DNA from: Candidatus Methylomirabilota bacterium
Lineage (GTDB): Bacteria; Methylomirabilota; Methylomirabilia; Rokubacteriales; CSP1-6
Assembly: GCA_046727415.1 (NCBI GenBank)
Contig: JBKPCO010000020.1
Location: 659 to 64,658 of the forward strand
Direction: 5' to 3'
Length of the DNA: 64,000 nucleotides
The notes below the pieces were generated by a model. That model saw only the letters and a list, made by a program, of their open reading frames with translations, did not search any database and was not told the DNA's origin. Of the stretch, positions 36,265-44,965 are shown piece after piece; positions within the stretch are counted from its first letter, which is position 1; every line of letters begins with the position of its first letter. Made by a program: the position numbers and the translations under genes.

Positions 36265-36705
36265 CTACACCTTGCCGAAGATGTACTTCGACAGCAACTC
36301 TTCGAAATCCACCGGCGCCTCCACCTCGCGGATACGGCCGTTGGGCGGGATGATCTTGTCCGACCCGCCCGGACTGATACGGATGTACTTCTCGCCGATC
36401 AGCCCCTTCGTCTTGATCGACGCGATCACGTCTTCCTGCAGCTTAACCCCGGAGTGTACGCGCAGCGTGACGCGCGCCTGATAGTCGGCGAGCCCGATCG
36501 ACTCGACGCGGCCGATCTCGACGCCCGCGATCTCGACGGCGGAGCCGGCCTTGAGCCCGCCCACCGACGGGAAATCGACGGTCACCGCGTAGCCGCGGCC
36601 CCCGAGGAAGGAGATCTGGCCCAGCTGGATCGAGAGATATGCCAGAGCCACGATGCCGAGTATGACGAAGATACCCACCGCGATGTTCACCCGCGATCGG
36701 TCCAT
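36265..36705 (-). CDS. mlaD: MlaD-type MCE-domain protein
   Basis: 146 aa. N-terminal TM VNIAVGIFVILGIVALAYLS then the MCE core GLKAGSAVEIAGVEIGRV. ATGA overlap with mlaF. Confidence 0.8.
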   Translation of the reverse strand: MDRSRVNIAVGIFVILGIVALAYLSIQLGQISFLGGRGYAVTVDFPSVGGLKAGSAVEIAGVEIGRVESIGLADYQARVTLRVHSGVKLQEDVIASIKTKGLIGEKYIRISPGGSDKIIPPNGRIREVEAPVDFEELLSKYIFGKV

Positions 36706-37448
36706 CAGCGTTCCTCCGAATTGTCGGACTCGCCCCGGATGAACTGTTGCACGACACGGGAGGACGAGGCCTGGATCGCCGCCGGGGGACCCACCTCGGC
36801 GATCCGGCCGTCGTGGAGCATCGCCACCGTGTCGGCGATCTCGAAGATCTCGGGAATCTCGTGACTGACCACGACCGCCGTGAAGCGGAAGCGGCGGTGT
36901 AGATCGAGGATCAGGTGGTGGATGGTGTTCACCAGCACCGGGTCGAGCCCGGTGGTCGGCTCGTCGAAGAACACGATCTCGGGCTCGGTCACCAGTGCCC
37001 GCGCGATGGCCACGCGCTTGCGCATGCCGCCGGAGATCTCGGCCGGGAACTTGGCGCCCATCCCGTCGAGCCCCACCTGGGCCAGGGCGGCGTCGACGCG
37101 CTTGGCGATCTCGGCGGGGGGCAGGCGCAGCTTCTCGCGGAGCGGAAAGGCGACGTTCTCGTGGCACGACAGCGAGTCGAACAGCGCGCCGCCCTGGAAG
37201 ACGACGCCGTAGCGTCGGCGGATCTCGTCGAGCGCGCGTCCGCGCAGCGCGGTGATGTCGACGCCGTCCACCAGCACGCGGCCCGCGTCGGGGTAGAGGA
37301 GGCCGATGAGGTGCTTGAGCAGCACCGATTTCCCGCCGCCGCTGCGCCCGATGATGACGGTGATCGACCCGGTGGGCACCTCGAGCGACAGGCCGCGCAG
37401 CACCGGCTGGGATCCGAACGACTTCATGAGCGACTCGACCCGGATCAC
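36705..37448 (-). CDS. mlaF: MlaF-type ABC transporter ATPase
   Basis: Walker A GRSGGGKS, signature ISGGMRKRVAIARA, Walker B IVFFDEPTTGLDP. Confidence 0.9.
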   Translation of the reverse strand: MIRVESLMKSFGSQPVLRGLSLEVPTGSITVIIGRSGGGKSVLLKHLIGLLYPDAGRVLVDGVDITALRGRALDEIRRRYGVVFQGGALFDSLSCHENVAFPLREKLRLPPAEIAKRVDAALAQVGLDGMGAKFPAEISGGMRKRVAIARALVTEPEIVFFDEPTTGLDPVLVNTIHHLILDLHRRFRFTAVVVSHEIPEIFEIADTVAMLHDGRIAEVGPPAAIQASSSRVVQQFIRGESDNSEER

Positions 37449-37458
37449 CGCGGCATCC

Positions 37459-38253
37459 TCACGGCAAGACCGAGCCCATGAAGTAATCGCAGACGAGGAT
37501 CAGCACCGAGGAGAGGACGACCGCCTGCGTCGTCGCGCGCGCCACGCCCTCGGCGCCGTGGCCGACGTTGAACCCCTTGTACGTGCAGACCCACGTCACG
37601 ACGATCCCGAACGAGATCGACTTCCAGAAGCCCGTCATGATGTCGGTCATGTCGACGAACGTCCGCATCTCGCCGAAGTACGTGCCTTCCGACAGCCCCA
37701 GGAGGCGCACGCCGACGAGGTAGCCGCCGAAGATTCCGACCACGTCGAAGATGGCCGTCATCAGCGGGAAGGTCACCAGCCCAGCCAGGATCGAGGGCGC
37801 CACCAGGTAACGCATCGGGTTGAGGGCCATGACCGTCAGGGCGTCGATCTGCTCGGTGATGCGCATGATGCCGATCTCGGCGGTGAGCGCCGAGCCGGCG
37901 CGCCCGGTGACCATCAGCGCCGCCAGCACCGGGCCGAGCTCGCGGATCAGCGAGAGCGCAACCGCGGGGCCGAGGAACGCCTCGGAGCCGAAGCGCACGA
38001 GAGTCAGGTAGATCTGGAGCCCGAGGACCATCCCGGTGAAGGTGCCGGTCAGCAGGATGATCAGGAGCGAGCGGTAGCCGATGTAGTCGATGCGGTCGAG
38101 GAACGCCCGGAGCTTGAACGGCGGCGTGACGAGGGCGCCTAGCGCCTCGCCGAAGAAGGTGCCGAACCGGCCGAGTGCATCGACGACTCCGATCGTCCAG
38201 CCCCCGACCAGGTCGAAGGGGCGGAGTGCCGGCGCGACCGGCCGCTCAGGCAT
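37459..38253 (-). CDS. mlaE: MlaE-type ABC transporter permease
   Basis: 264 aa. FTGMVLGLQ...LIRELGPVLAALMVTGRAGSALTAEIG is the MlaE signature. Its start overlaps the shc stop by 8 nt. Confidence 0.9.
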   Translation of the reverse strand: MPERPVAPALRPFDLVGGWTIGVVDALGRFGTFFGEALGALVTPPFKLRAFLDRIDYIGYRSLLIILLTGTFTGMVLGLQIYLTLVRFGSEAFLGPAVALSLIRELGPVLAALMVTGRAGSALTAEIGIMRITEQIDALTVMALNPMRYLVAPSILAGLVTFPLMTAIFDVVGIFGGYLVGVRLLGLSEGTYFGEMRTFVDMTDIMTGFWKSISFGIVVTWVCTYKGFNVGHGAEGVARATTQAVVLSSVLILVCDYFMGSVLP

Positions 38254-40147
38254 GCGCGCGGCGGTAGATTCCCAGGGCCCAGAGAGGGAAGTAGTGGGCG
38301 TAGAGGTGGTACTTCAGGTAGAAGACCCGCGGGAATCCGGTTCCGTTCCAATAGGGGTCGTCCCACGAGCCGTCGTCCCGCTGCGTCCGCAGCAGATACT
38401 CGACGCCGCGCACGACTGCCGGGCCGCTGGTGCGGCCGGCGGCGAAGAGCCCGAGCAACGCCCACGCGGTCTGGCTCGGCATCGACTGGCCCACGCCGGC
38501 GAACTCGGAGTCGTCGTAGCTCTCGCAGGTCTCGCCCCAGCCGCCGTCCTTGTTCTGGTGGCGCTCGAGCCACCGCACTGCGCGCTGGACGTATTCGTGC
38601 CGCAGGTCCTCGCCGATGGCGGCGAGGCCGCGCAGCACCGACCACGTGCCGTAGATGTAGTTCACGCCCCAGCGCCCGTACCACGGCCCGTCGTGCCGCT
38701 GCGCGTGGCGAAGGAAGTCGATCGCGCGCTGAGCGGGCTCGAAATCCTTTTTGTAGCCGAGCGTGCCGAGCAGCTCGAGCCCGCGGCCCGTCAGGTCCTC
38801 GGTGGACGGATCGAGGAGGGCGCCGTGATCGGCGAACGGGATGTGGTTCAGATAGAGGCGATTGTTGTCGGCGTCGAAGGAGGCCCAGCCGCCGTCGCTG
38901 CCCTGCATGCCGAGGAACCAGCCGAGGCCGAGCTCCTTAGCCACCCGGGTGGTGTCGCCGTCGAGCCCGCTCACCTTCTCGAGCGCCATCACGACCATCG
39001 CCGTATCGTCGAGGTCCGGATAGAAGTCATTGCGGTACTGGAAGGCCCAGCCGCCGGGCTTCACGTGTGGCCGCTTCACCTGCCAGTCGCCCGGCACCAG
39101 AACCTGGCACTCGATCATCCACTCGGCGGCGCGGCGCAGCGCCGGATGGTCGGGCGGCACGTCGCTCTCGATCATCGCGTTGACCGCGAGCGCGGTGTCC
39201 CAGACCGGCGAGGGGCAGGGCTGGTAGTGCACGGAGTCGCCGTCCTCGACGGCGAGGGCCTCGATCTCCTTGATCTGCCCCATCACCAGCGGGTGATCGT
39301 CCGGGTACCCGAGCAGCCGCATCGCCAGGATCGAATTCGCCATCGCCGGGTAGATGCCGCCGAGGCCACCGGGAACGGCCAGCCGCTCCTCGAGGAACGC
39401 CCGCGCGGCCTCGACGGCGCGCTTGCGCAGGGGACGCGGGGAGAATCGTTCCCAGATCTTGAGACCGTCGTCGACGGCGATGAAGAAGCTCTTCCAGAAG
39501 AGACCTCGCCAGCTGAAGGGCTCCGGCACGCGCGGAAATCGGAGGCTCGTCTCCTCGCGCGGCTCCGGCCAGAGCTCGTCGAGGGACAGGTGCGGAGGGA
39601 GCCACTTCACCGGCTTGCGGTCCATCAGAACCAGGAGCGGCACCAGCACGGTGCGCGACCAGTACGAGATCTCGTAGATGTTGAACAGGAAGAACGGGCG
39701 CGGCAGCAGCATGATCTCGATCGGCATCGTCGGGACGCCGTTCCAGTCGTACTCGCCGAAGAGCGCGAGCTGGATCTTGGTGAACACGTCCGCCTTGGCC
39801 GGCCCGCCCATCTCGCGGATGCGCTCGCGCGCCGCCAGCATCGCCGAGTCGCTGATCGGGACGCCGGCCATCTTCATGGCGAAGTACGCCTTGATGGTCG
39901 CGGAGAGATTCGCCGGGCCCCCCTCGAAGAGGGAGTACCCGCCGTCGGGAAGCTGCTGCCGCTTGAGGTAACGCACCGAGCGCGTCTCGCGCTCGCGGTT
40001 CACCCGGTCGATCAGATGACAGAGCAGCAGGTACTCGGATGTGATCGTCGTGTTGGCTTCGAGCTGGCCGATCCAGTGGCCATCGGGGGCCTGCTGGCCA
40101 AGCAGATGCGCCTGGGCGCGGCCGATCGCGTCCTGCAGGTGCCTCAC
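38246..40147 (-). CDS. shc: squalene-hopene cyclase
   Basis: 633 aa. Repeated QW motifs (QAPDGHW, QLPDGGY, QNKDGGWGE, QRDDGSW) and the catalytic DxDDTA (YPDLDDTAMVV). GTG start. Confidence 0.95.
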   Translation of the reverse strand: MRHLQDAIGRAQAHLLGQQAPDGHWIGQLEANTTITSEYLLLCHLIDRVNRERETRSVRYLKRQQLPDGGYSLFEGGPANLSATIKAYFAMKMAGVPISDSAMLAARERIREMGGPAKADVFTKIQLALFGEYDWNGVPTMPIEIMLLPRPFFLFNIYEISYWSRTVLVPLLVLMDRKPVKWLPPHLSLDELWPEPREETSLRFPRVPEPFSWRGLFWKSFFIAVDDGLKIWERFSPRPLRKRAVEAARAFLEERLAVPGGLGGIYPAMANSILAMRLLGYPDDHPLVMGQIKEIEALAVEDGDSVHYQPCPSPVWDTALAVNAMIESDVPPDHPALRRAAEWMIECQVLVPGDWQVKRPHVKPGGWAFQYRNDFYPDLDDTAMVVMALEKVSGLDGDTTRVAKELGLGWFLGMQGSDGGWASFDADNNRLYLNHIPFADHGALLDPSTEDLTGRGLELLGTLGYKKDFEPAQRAIDFLRHAQRHDGPWYGRWGVNYIYGTWSVLRGLAAIGEDLRHEYVQRAVRWLERHQNKDGGWGETCESYDDSEFAGVGQSMPSQTAWALLGLFAAGRTSGPAVVRGVEYLLRTQRDDGSWDDPYWNGTGFPRVFYLKYHLYAHYFPLWALGIYRRAHA

Positions 40148-40162
40148 GTGGGTGATGGTAAC

Positions 40163-40996
40163 ATGCTGACTGGATTACTGAAACCTTCCATGGACCTTCT
40201 CGTCGGAACCATGGTGCTTCGACCGTACGTTTTTGCCTTCCTGGCGGTCTTCCTGGTCGCAGGGGCAGTCGATCTGGGCTGGCGGCGCGTCCTCGGGTTC
40301 GCCGGGTGCGTCTGGCCGGTGGCCTGGCTCGCCGAGTTCTCGTCCACGCGCACCGGAATCCCCTTCGGGCTCTATACGTACACGCAGCTCACGCGCGGCC
40401 GCGAGCTGTTCCTGGCCGACGTGCCCGTGATGGACTCGCTGTCCTTCACCTTCCTCGCCTACGCGTCGTTCTGCCTGGCCCGCGTCGCGCTCGCCGGCCG
40501 GGCGCCGTCGCGGCCGGTAACGGCGGTGCTGGCCGGCTCGCTCATGATGGCGCTCGACGTCGTGATCGATCCGCTCGCGGTGCGCGGCGACCGGTGGTTT
40601 CTCGGCCACCTCTTCTTCTACCCGGAGCCCGGCGTCTACTTCGGCGTGCCGTTGTCGAACTTCGCGGGGTGGGTGATCGTCGGCACGATCGGCGTCGGCT
40701 TCTACCTCGCCTTGATTCATCGGCGCGCCTCGGCCGGCGGGGCCCCAGCCCCGCGACGGCCTGGAGCGCGCACCACCGCCTCGAACGCCTCGGGAGGGCG
40801 GGCCTGGCCCGGTGTCGCGTTATACTACGGCGTGCTCGGGTTCAATCTCGCCATGACGATCCTGATCGGCGAGTGGTGGTTGGCGGCGGTGGGGGCGGCA
40901 GTCCACGTCGCCGTGGCCCTCGCAATCGTTCACTTCAACCGGAGTCCGGGCGTGATCGCGCTCGGCCCTGACCGCGAAGGAATTCAACGCGCATGA
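40163..40996 (+). CDS. polytopic membrane protein of the DUF422/CruF-like carotenoid-biosynthesis family
   Basis: 277 aa. SSTRTGIPFGLYTYT and DPLAVRGDRWF are typical of this family. Only the last 277 codons of the 968-aa track ORF are real. Its stop overlaps the hpnH ATG. Confidence 0.6.
   Translation: MLTGLLKPSMDLLVGTMVLRPYVFAFLAVFLVAGAVDLGWRRVLGFAGCVWPVAWLAEFSSTRTGIPFGLYTYTQLTRGRELFLADVPVMDSLSFTFLAYASFCLARVALAGRAPSRPVTAVLAGSLMMALDVVIDPLAVRGDRWFLGHLFFYPEPGVYFGVPLSNFAGWVIVGTIGVGFYLALIHRRASAGGAPAPRRPGARTTASNASGGRAWPGVALYYGVLGFNLAMTILIGEWWLAAVGAAVHVAVALAIVHFNRSPGVIALGPDREGIQRA
40722..40773. repeat. 52-nt repeat, copy A (inside the DUF422 coding region)
   Basis: ggcgcgcctcggccggcggggccccagccccgcgacggctgGagcgcgcac matches 59047-59098 at 51 of 52 positions. 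Contains the internal hairpin cggggc-ccca-gccccg. Confidence 0.85.
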
Positions 40997-42015
40997 GCGT
41001 GCCCGTCTCTCAGATGTGGGCTGTGGCGACCTATGTCCTCCGTCAAAAGCTCGCCCGCCGGAAGCGCTATCCACTCGTGCTGATGCTCGAGCCCCTGTTC
41101 CGCTGTAACCTCGCATGCGCCGGCTGCGGCAAGATCCAGTACCCGGCGCAGATCTTGAGGAAGCACCTGACGGTCGAGCAGTGCCTGGCGGCGGTGGACG
41201 AGTGCGGGGCGCCGATCGTCTCGATCCCCGGCGGCGAGCCCCTGATGTACCCCGACATCGGCCGCCTCATCGAAGGGCTGGTCGCGCGCAGAAAGTACGT
41301 CTACCTCTGCACCAACGCCATCCTCCTGAAGGAAAAGCTCGAAGCCGGCCTGTTCACGCCCTCGAAGTATCTCTCGTTCAGCGTGCACCTCGACGGGCTC
41401 CGCGAGGAGCACGACGAGGCGGTGTGCCGCGACGGCGTCTACGTCCAGGCCGTTGCCGCCATCAAGGAAGCGCTCCGCCGCGGCTTCCGGGTAACCACCA
41501 ACTCGACTTTGTTCGACGGGACAAGCCCGCTCCGGATGCGAGAGTTCTTCGACGAAGTGATGGACCTGGGCGTCGAGGGCATGATGATCTCGCCCGGCTA
41601 CAGCTACGCCAAGGCGCCGGACCAGGAGCATTTCCTCAGGACGCAGCGCGCGCACGAGCTCTTCTCGAAGATCCTCACGAACCCCAAGCGCCGCTGGCGG
41701 TTCAACCAGTCGCCGCTGTTCCTGCAGTTCCTCATGGGCAAGCAGGACTTCGAGTGCACTCCGTGGGGAAACCCCACGTACAACATATTTGGCTGGCAGC
41801 GGCCCTGTTACCTCCTGCAGGAAGGATACGCCGCGACCTTCAACGAGCTGCTCGAGACCACGCGCTGGGAAAACTATGGGCGGCGCAGCGGCAACGAGAA
41901 GTGCCGCGACTGCATGGTGCACTGCGGCTACGAGCCGACGGCCGTGAACCACACCTTCTCCTCGTGGCGCGGGTTCCGCGATACCGTGGCGGCCACGGTC
42001 ACCGGGCGCTTCTGA
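40993..42015 (+). CDS. hpnH: adenosylhopane synthase, radical SAM
   Basis: 340 aa. LEPLFRCNLACAGCGKIQYP is the CxxxCxxC radical-SAM motif in the HpnH context. Confidence 0.9.
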   Translation: MSVPVSQMWAVATYVLRQKLARRKRYPLVLMLEPLFRCNLACAGCGKIQYPAQILRKHLTVEQCLAAVDECGAPIVSIPGGEPLMYPDIGRLIEGLVARRKYVYLCTNAILLKEKLEAGLFTPSKYLSFSVHLDGLREEHDEAVCRDGVYVQAVAAIKEALRRGFRVTTNSTLFDGTSPLRMREFFDEVMDLGVEGMMISPGYSYAKAPDQEHFLRTQRAHELFSKILTNPKRRWRFNQSPLFLQFLMGKQDFECTPWGNPTYNIFGWQRPCYLLQEGYAATFNELLETTRWENYGRRSGNEKCRDCMVHCGYEPTAVNHTFSSWRGFRDTVAATVTGRF

Positions 42016-42028
42016 GGCGGGGGGCGGC

Positions 42029-42397
42029 GTGACGGACGAAACCACGCTCGAGGGCTGGACGCCGGAAGTCGGCGGCAGTCTTTCCCTCGCGACCATCATC
42101 GACATGGCGTTCGACTATCGCGGCAACGTCACCGTGGTGAAGATCGACGGCTCGGAAATGGTCGGCTTCCTGTTCAACCGCAACTCCGACGCGCCCGAGC
42201 CGTTCGTGCAGATGTTCGATCTGGATGGCGAGGGACCGAACACCATCCCCTACCACACGATCCGCACGATCCGGTTCACCGGCCGAGATACGGCGGCGGG
42301 CAATTCTTACGCGGCATGGCTCCGCGCCAAAGAGGCGGCGAAAGCCGCCGGCCATGCTGAGAAGGACTCCGGCCGCACGCCAGTCAGGGACGCGTGA
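42029..42397 (+). CDS. hypothetical protein (122 aa) embedded in the hopanoid operon
   Basis: GTG start 13 nt after hpnH; the stop overlaps the hpnG start. Non-shadow-like composition (MAFDYRGNVTVVKIDGSEMVGFLFNRN...IPYHTIRTIRFTG). No family recognised. Confidence 0.55.
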   Translation: MTDETTLEGWTPEVGGSLSLATIIDMAFDYRGNVTVVKIDGSEMVGFLFNRNSDAPEPFVQMFDLDGEGPNTIPYHTIRTIRFTGRDTAAGNSYAAWLRAKEAAKAAGHAEKDSGRTPVRDA

Positions 42398-43065
42398 CCC
42401 GCGTCCTCGTCGTCACCGCCGTCGAGCTCGAAACCCGTGGTCTGGCCCGTCAGCTCGGCCTCGAGCGCGTCGGCGGGAGCGCGTGGCCGCACTTCCGCGG
42501 CGGCGCGCTCGAGCTCCTCTGCGCCGGCCCGCGGGCCGCGCACCTCGACGCGCGCGCGGCCAGATCGGCGACGACACTGGTTGTCTCGGCGGGCGTCTGC
42601 GGTGCGCTCTCTCCCGATCTCGCCGAGGGCGACCTGGTCGTGCCCGAAGCCGTGGTCGGCGCCGGCGCCGTCCGTCACGCCACCGCGGCGCTGCCCGGCC
42701 TTCGGCGCGCCGGAACTCTCCTGACCGTCGACGCGGTCGTCTCCACCGCCGAGCTGAAGGCGCGGCTCTGGATGGAGACCGGCGCGCTCGCCTGCGACAT
42801 GGAATCCGTGGCAATCGTGGAGTGGGCTCGGGGCCGAGGGCTCCCGGCGGCCGTCGTCCGTGGGGTCTCCGACACGTCAAGCCGCGGCGTCCCGCCCGAC
42901 CTCGCGGCGGTCGTCGAGCCCGACGGCCGCGTGCGCACGACGCGCGCCGTCCGCGTCGTGCTCTCGCGTCCGGGCGCCATCGCGGAGGCGATGATGCTCC
43001 GGAGTGGGACGCAGGCGGCCCTGAAGTCAGTCGCCGCCGCGCTCGGCACGGTCGCCCGCTCATGA
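42394..43065 (+). CDS. hpnG: hopanoid-associated phosphorylase/nucleosidase (PNP-UDP family)
   Basis: 223 aa. SAGVCGALSPDLAEGDLVVP and ACDMESVAI...RGVSD are PNP_UDP_1 motifs. Sits between hpnH and hpnA. Confidence 0.8.
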   Translation: MTRVLVVTAVELETRGLARQLGLERVGGSAWPHFRGGALELLCAGPRAAHLDARAARSATTLVVSAGVCGALSPDLAEGDLVVPEAVVGAGAVRHATAALPGLRRAGTLLTVDAVVSTAELKARLWMETGALACDMESVAIVEWARGRGLPAAVVRGVSDTSSRGVPPDLAAVVEPDGRVRTTRAVRVVLSRPGAIAEAMMLRSGTQAALKSVAAALGTVARS

Positions 43066-44081
43066 ACCGTATCGACGCCTTGGTGACCGGGGGGACGGGC
43101 TTCGTCGGCGCCAACGTCGTGCGCGAGCTCCTGCGCGAGGGCGCCACGGTTCGCGTGCTGGCGCGCGCCCACGGCGATCGCCGCGCGCTCGAAGGGCTGA
43201 CGGTGGACGTATGCGAGGGCGACCTCGGCGATCCCTCGTCGCTCCGTCGCGCGGTCCAGGACGTGCGAACCGTCTACCATGTGGCCGCCGACTACCGGCT
43301 TTGGGCCCGGCGGCCCGAGGAGCTGTACCGGACCAATGTCGAGGGTACCCGCGCCATCCTTCAGGCCGCCGCCGACGCTGGCGTGAGCCGCGTGGTGCAC
43401 ACGTCGAGCGTCGGCGCGCTCGGCATCCCCGGCGACGGCACGCCGGGCACGGAGACGACGCCGGTCACGCTCGCGGACATGGTGGGTCCGTACAAGGCGT
43501 CGAAGTTCCTCGCCGAGCAGGTCGCCGTCGGCTTCGCGCTCAAGGGGCTCCCCGTCGTGATCGTGAATCCTTCGACGCCGATCGGTCCGTGGGACGTCAA
43601 GCCGACGCCGACCGGCCAGATGATCGTCGACTTCTTGCAGGGCAAGATGTTCGCGACACTGGACACGGGGCTCAACCTGGTCCACGTGCGCGACGTCGCG
43701 CGCGGCCATCTGCTGGCCGCCGAGCGCGGCCAGAGCGGTGAGAAGTACATTCTCGGCCACGCGAACGGAAACCTCACGCTCGCCGAGATCGGCGCACTGC
43801 TCGCGGAGATCACCGGCGGCCGGCCGCCGCGCATGCGCATTCCCTACGCCGTCGCCTGGCTCGCCGCCGGGTGCATGGAGGTCGCCGCCCGGGTCACCGG
43901 CGGCACGCCGCGCGCGTCGCTGACGGCGGTGCGCATGGCGAAGAAGAAAATGTTCTTCAGCCCGGCGAAGGCCCGGCGCGACCTCGGCCTGCCGCAGACC
44001 GACGTGCGCGACGCGCTCCGCGACGCGACCGACTGGTTCGTCGAGCACGGGTACGCCCGGCTCGCGAGAAAGATCGCGTGA
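43062..44081 (+). CDS. hpnA: hopanoid-associated NAD-dependent sugar epimerase/dehydratase
   Basis: MNRIDALVTGGTGFVGANVV is the GxxGxxG motif and YKASK the catalytic motif. ATGA overlap with hpnG. Confidence 0.85.
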   Translation: MNRIDALVTGGTGFVGANVVRELLREGATVRVLARAHGDRRALEGLTVDVCEGDLGDPSSLRRAVQDVRTVYHVAADYRLWARRPEELYRTNVEGTRAILQAAADAGVSRVVHTSSVGALGIPGDGTPGTETTPVTLADMVGPYKASKFLAEQVAVGFALKGLPVVIVNPSTPIGPWDVKPTPTGQMIVDFLQGKMFATLDTGLNLVHVRDVARGHLLAAERGQSGEKYILGHANGNLTLAEIGALLAEITGGRPPRMRIPYAVAWLAAGCMEVAARVTGGTPRASLTAVRMAKKKMFFSPAKARRDLGLPQTDVRDALRDATDWFVEHGYARLARKIA

Positions 44082-44965
44082 TCGGACGCCTGGCCGCCCG
44101 GCTGACGCGCAAGAGCCGTTCGAACTTCTACTACGCCTTCCTCACGCTGCCGCGCCGCCGGCGGGAGGCGCTCTACGCGGTGTACGCATTCTGCCGGACG
44201 GTGGACGACATCGCGGACCTCGGCGACGAGCGCGGCGTCGACCGCGCCGCGCAGCGGAGCCAGCTCGAAAGCTGGCGCCGCCACGTCGCGCTCTGCTACG
44301 AGCCGGGGGGTCGCCCTGAGCATCCGATCGCGGCAGGGCTGGCGCGCGCGGTGAGCGAGTTCGCGATCCCCCGCGAGGCTCTCCTGGCGATTATCGACGG
44401 GGTGGAAATGGACCTCGATCAGGTCCGCTACGAGACCGCCGAGGACCTCTATCCCTACTGCTATCGCGTCGCCTCAGCGGTCGGCCTCTGCTGCATCGAG
44501 ATCTTCGGCTACACGGATCCGCGCGCCCGCGAGTACGCGGTGAACCTCGGTACGGCGCTCCAGCTGACGAACATCATCCGCGACGTCGGCGCCGACGCCC
44601 GCGCCGGCCGCGTGTACCTGCCGCAGGAAGACCTCCGGAAGTTCGGCGTGACCACGGACGACCTGCGGGCCGGACGCTACACCGGCGAGTTCGTGAGCCT
44701 CATGCGCCACCAGGCGGCGCGGGCCCGGCAGTTCTACCGGGCCGCGCGAGACGCCTTTCCGGCGATGGACGCGCGCTCGCTGGTGGCCGCGGAGATCATG
44801 GGGCGAATCTACCGGGCGCTGCTCGACGAGATCGAGACGCGTGAGTTCCGCGTGTTCGGGGAGCGCATCACCCTGCCGACCGGCCGCAAGCTCGCGATCG
44901 CGCTTCGCTGCTGGGCGTCGGCTCGGTTCGGCCACGCCGGGCCGCGCGGCGAGCGCGCCGCGTGA
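44078..44965 (+). CDS. hpnD: squalene/phytoene synthase family enzyme, HpnD-like (presqualene diphosphate synthase)
   Basis: SRSNFYYAFLTLPRRRREALYAVYAFCRTVDDIAD and NIIRDVGADARAGRVYLPQED are the two Asp-rich regions. The GTG overlaps the hpnA TGA. Confidence 0.75.
   Translation: MIGRLAARLTRKSRSNFYYAFLTLPRRRREALYAVYAFCRTVDDIADLGDERGVDRAAQRSQLESWRRHVALCYEPGGRPEHPIAAGLARAVSEFAIPREALLAIIDGVEMDLDQVRYETAEDLYPYCYRVASAVGLCCIEIFGYTDPRAREYAVNLGTALQLTNIIRDVGADARAGRVYLPQEDLRKFGVTTDDLRAGRYTGEFVSLMRHQAARARQFYRAARDAFPAMDARSLVAAEIMGRIYRALLDEIETREFRVFGERITLPTGRKLAIALRCWASARFGHAGPRGERAA

Noticed and set aside
38090-40162. N-terminal 691 codons of the 968-aa ORF 38090-40996
   Set aside because: Antisense to shc. 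Only the C-terminal 277 codons (DUF422-like membrane protein) are credible.
40163-44965. Carotenoid biosynthesis cluster (CruF-like plus CrtB-like)
   Set aside because: No desaturase or cyclase genes are present. The synthase matches the HpnD-type N-terminus and is embedded among hpnH/G/A, so the hopanoid context is more parsimonious.
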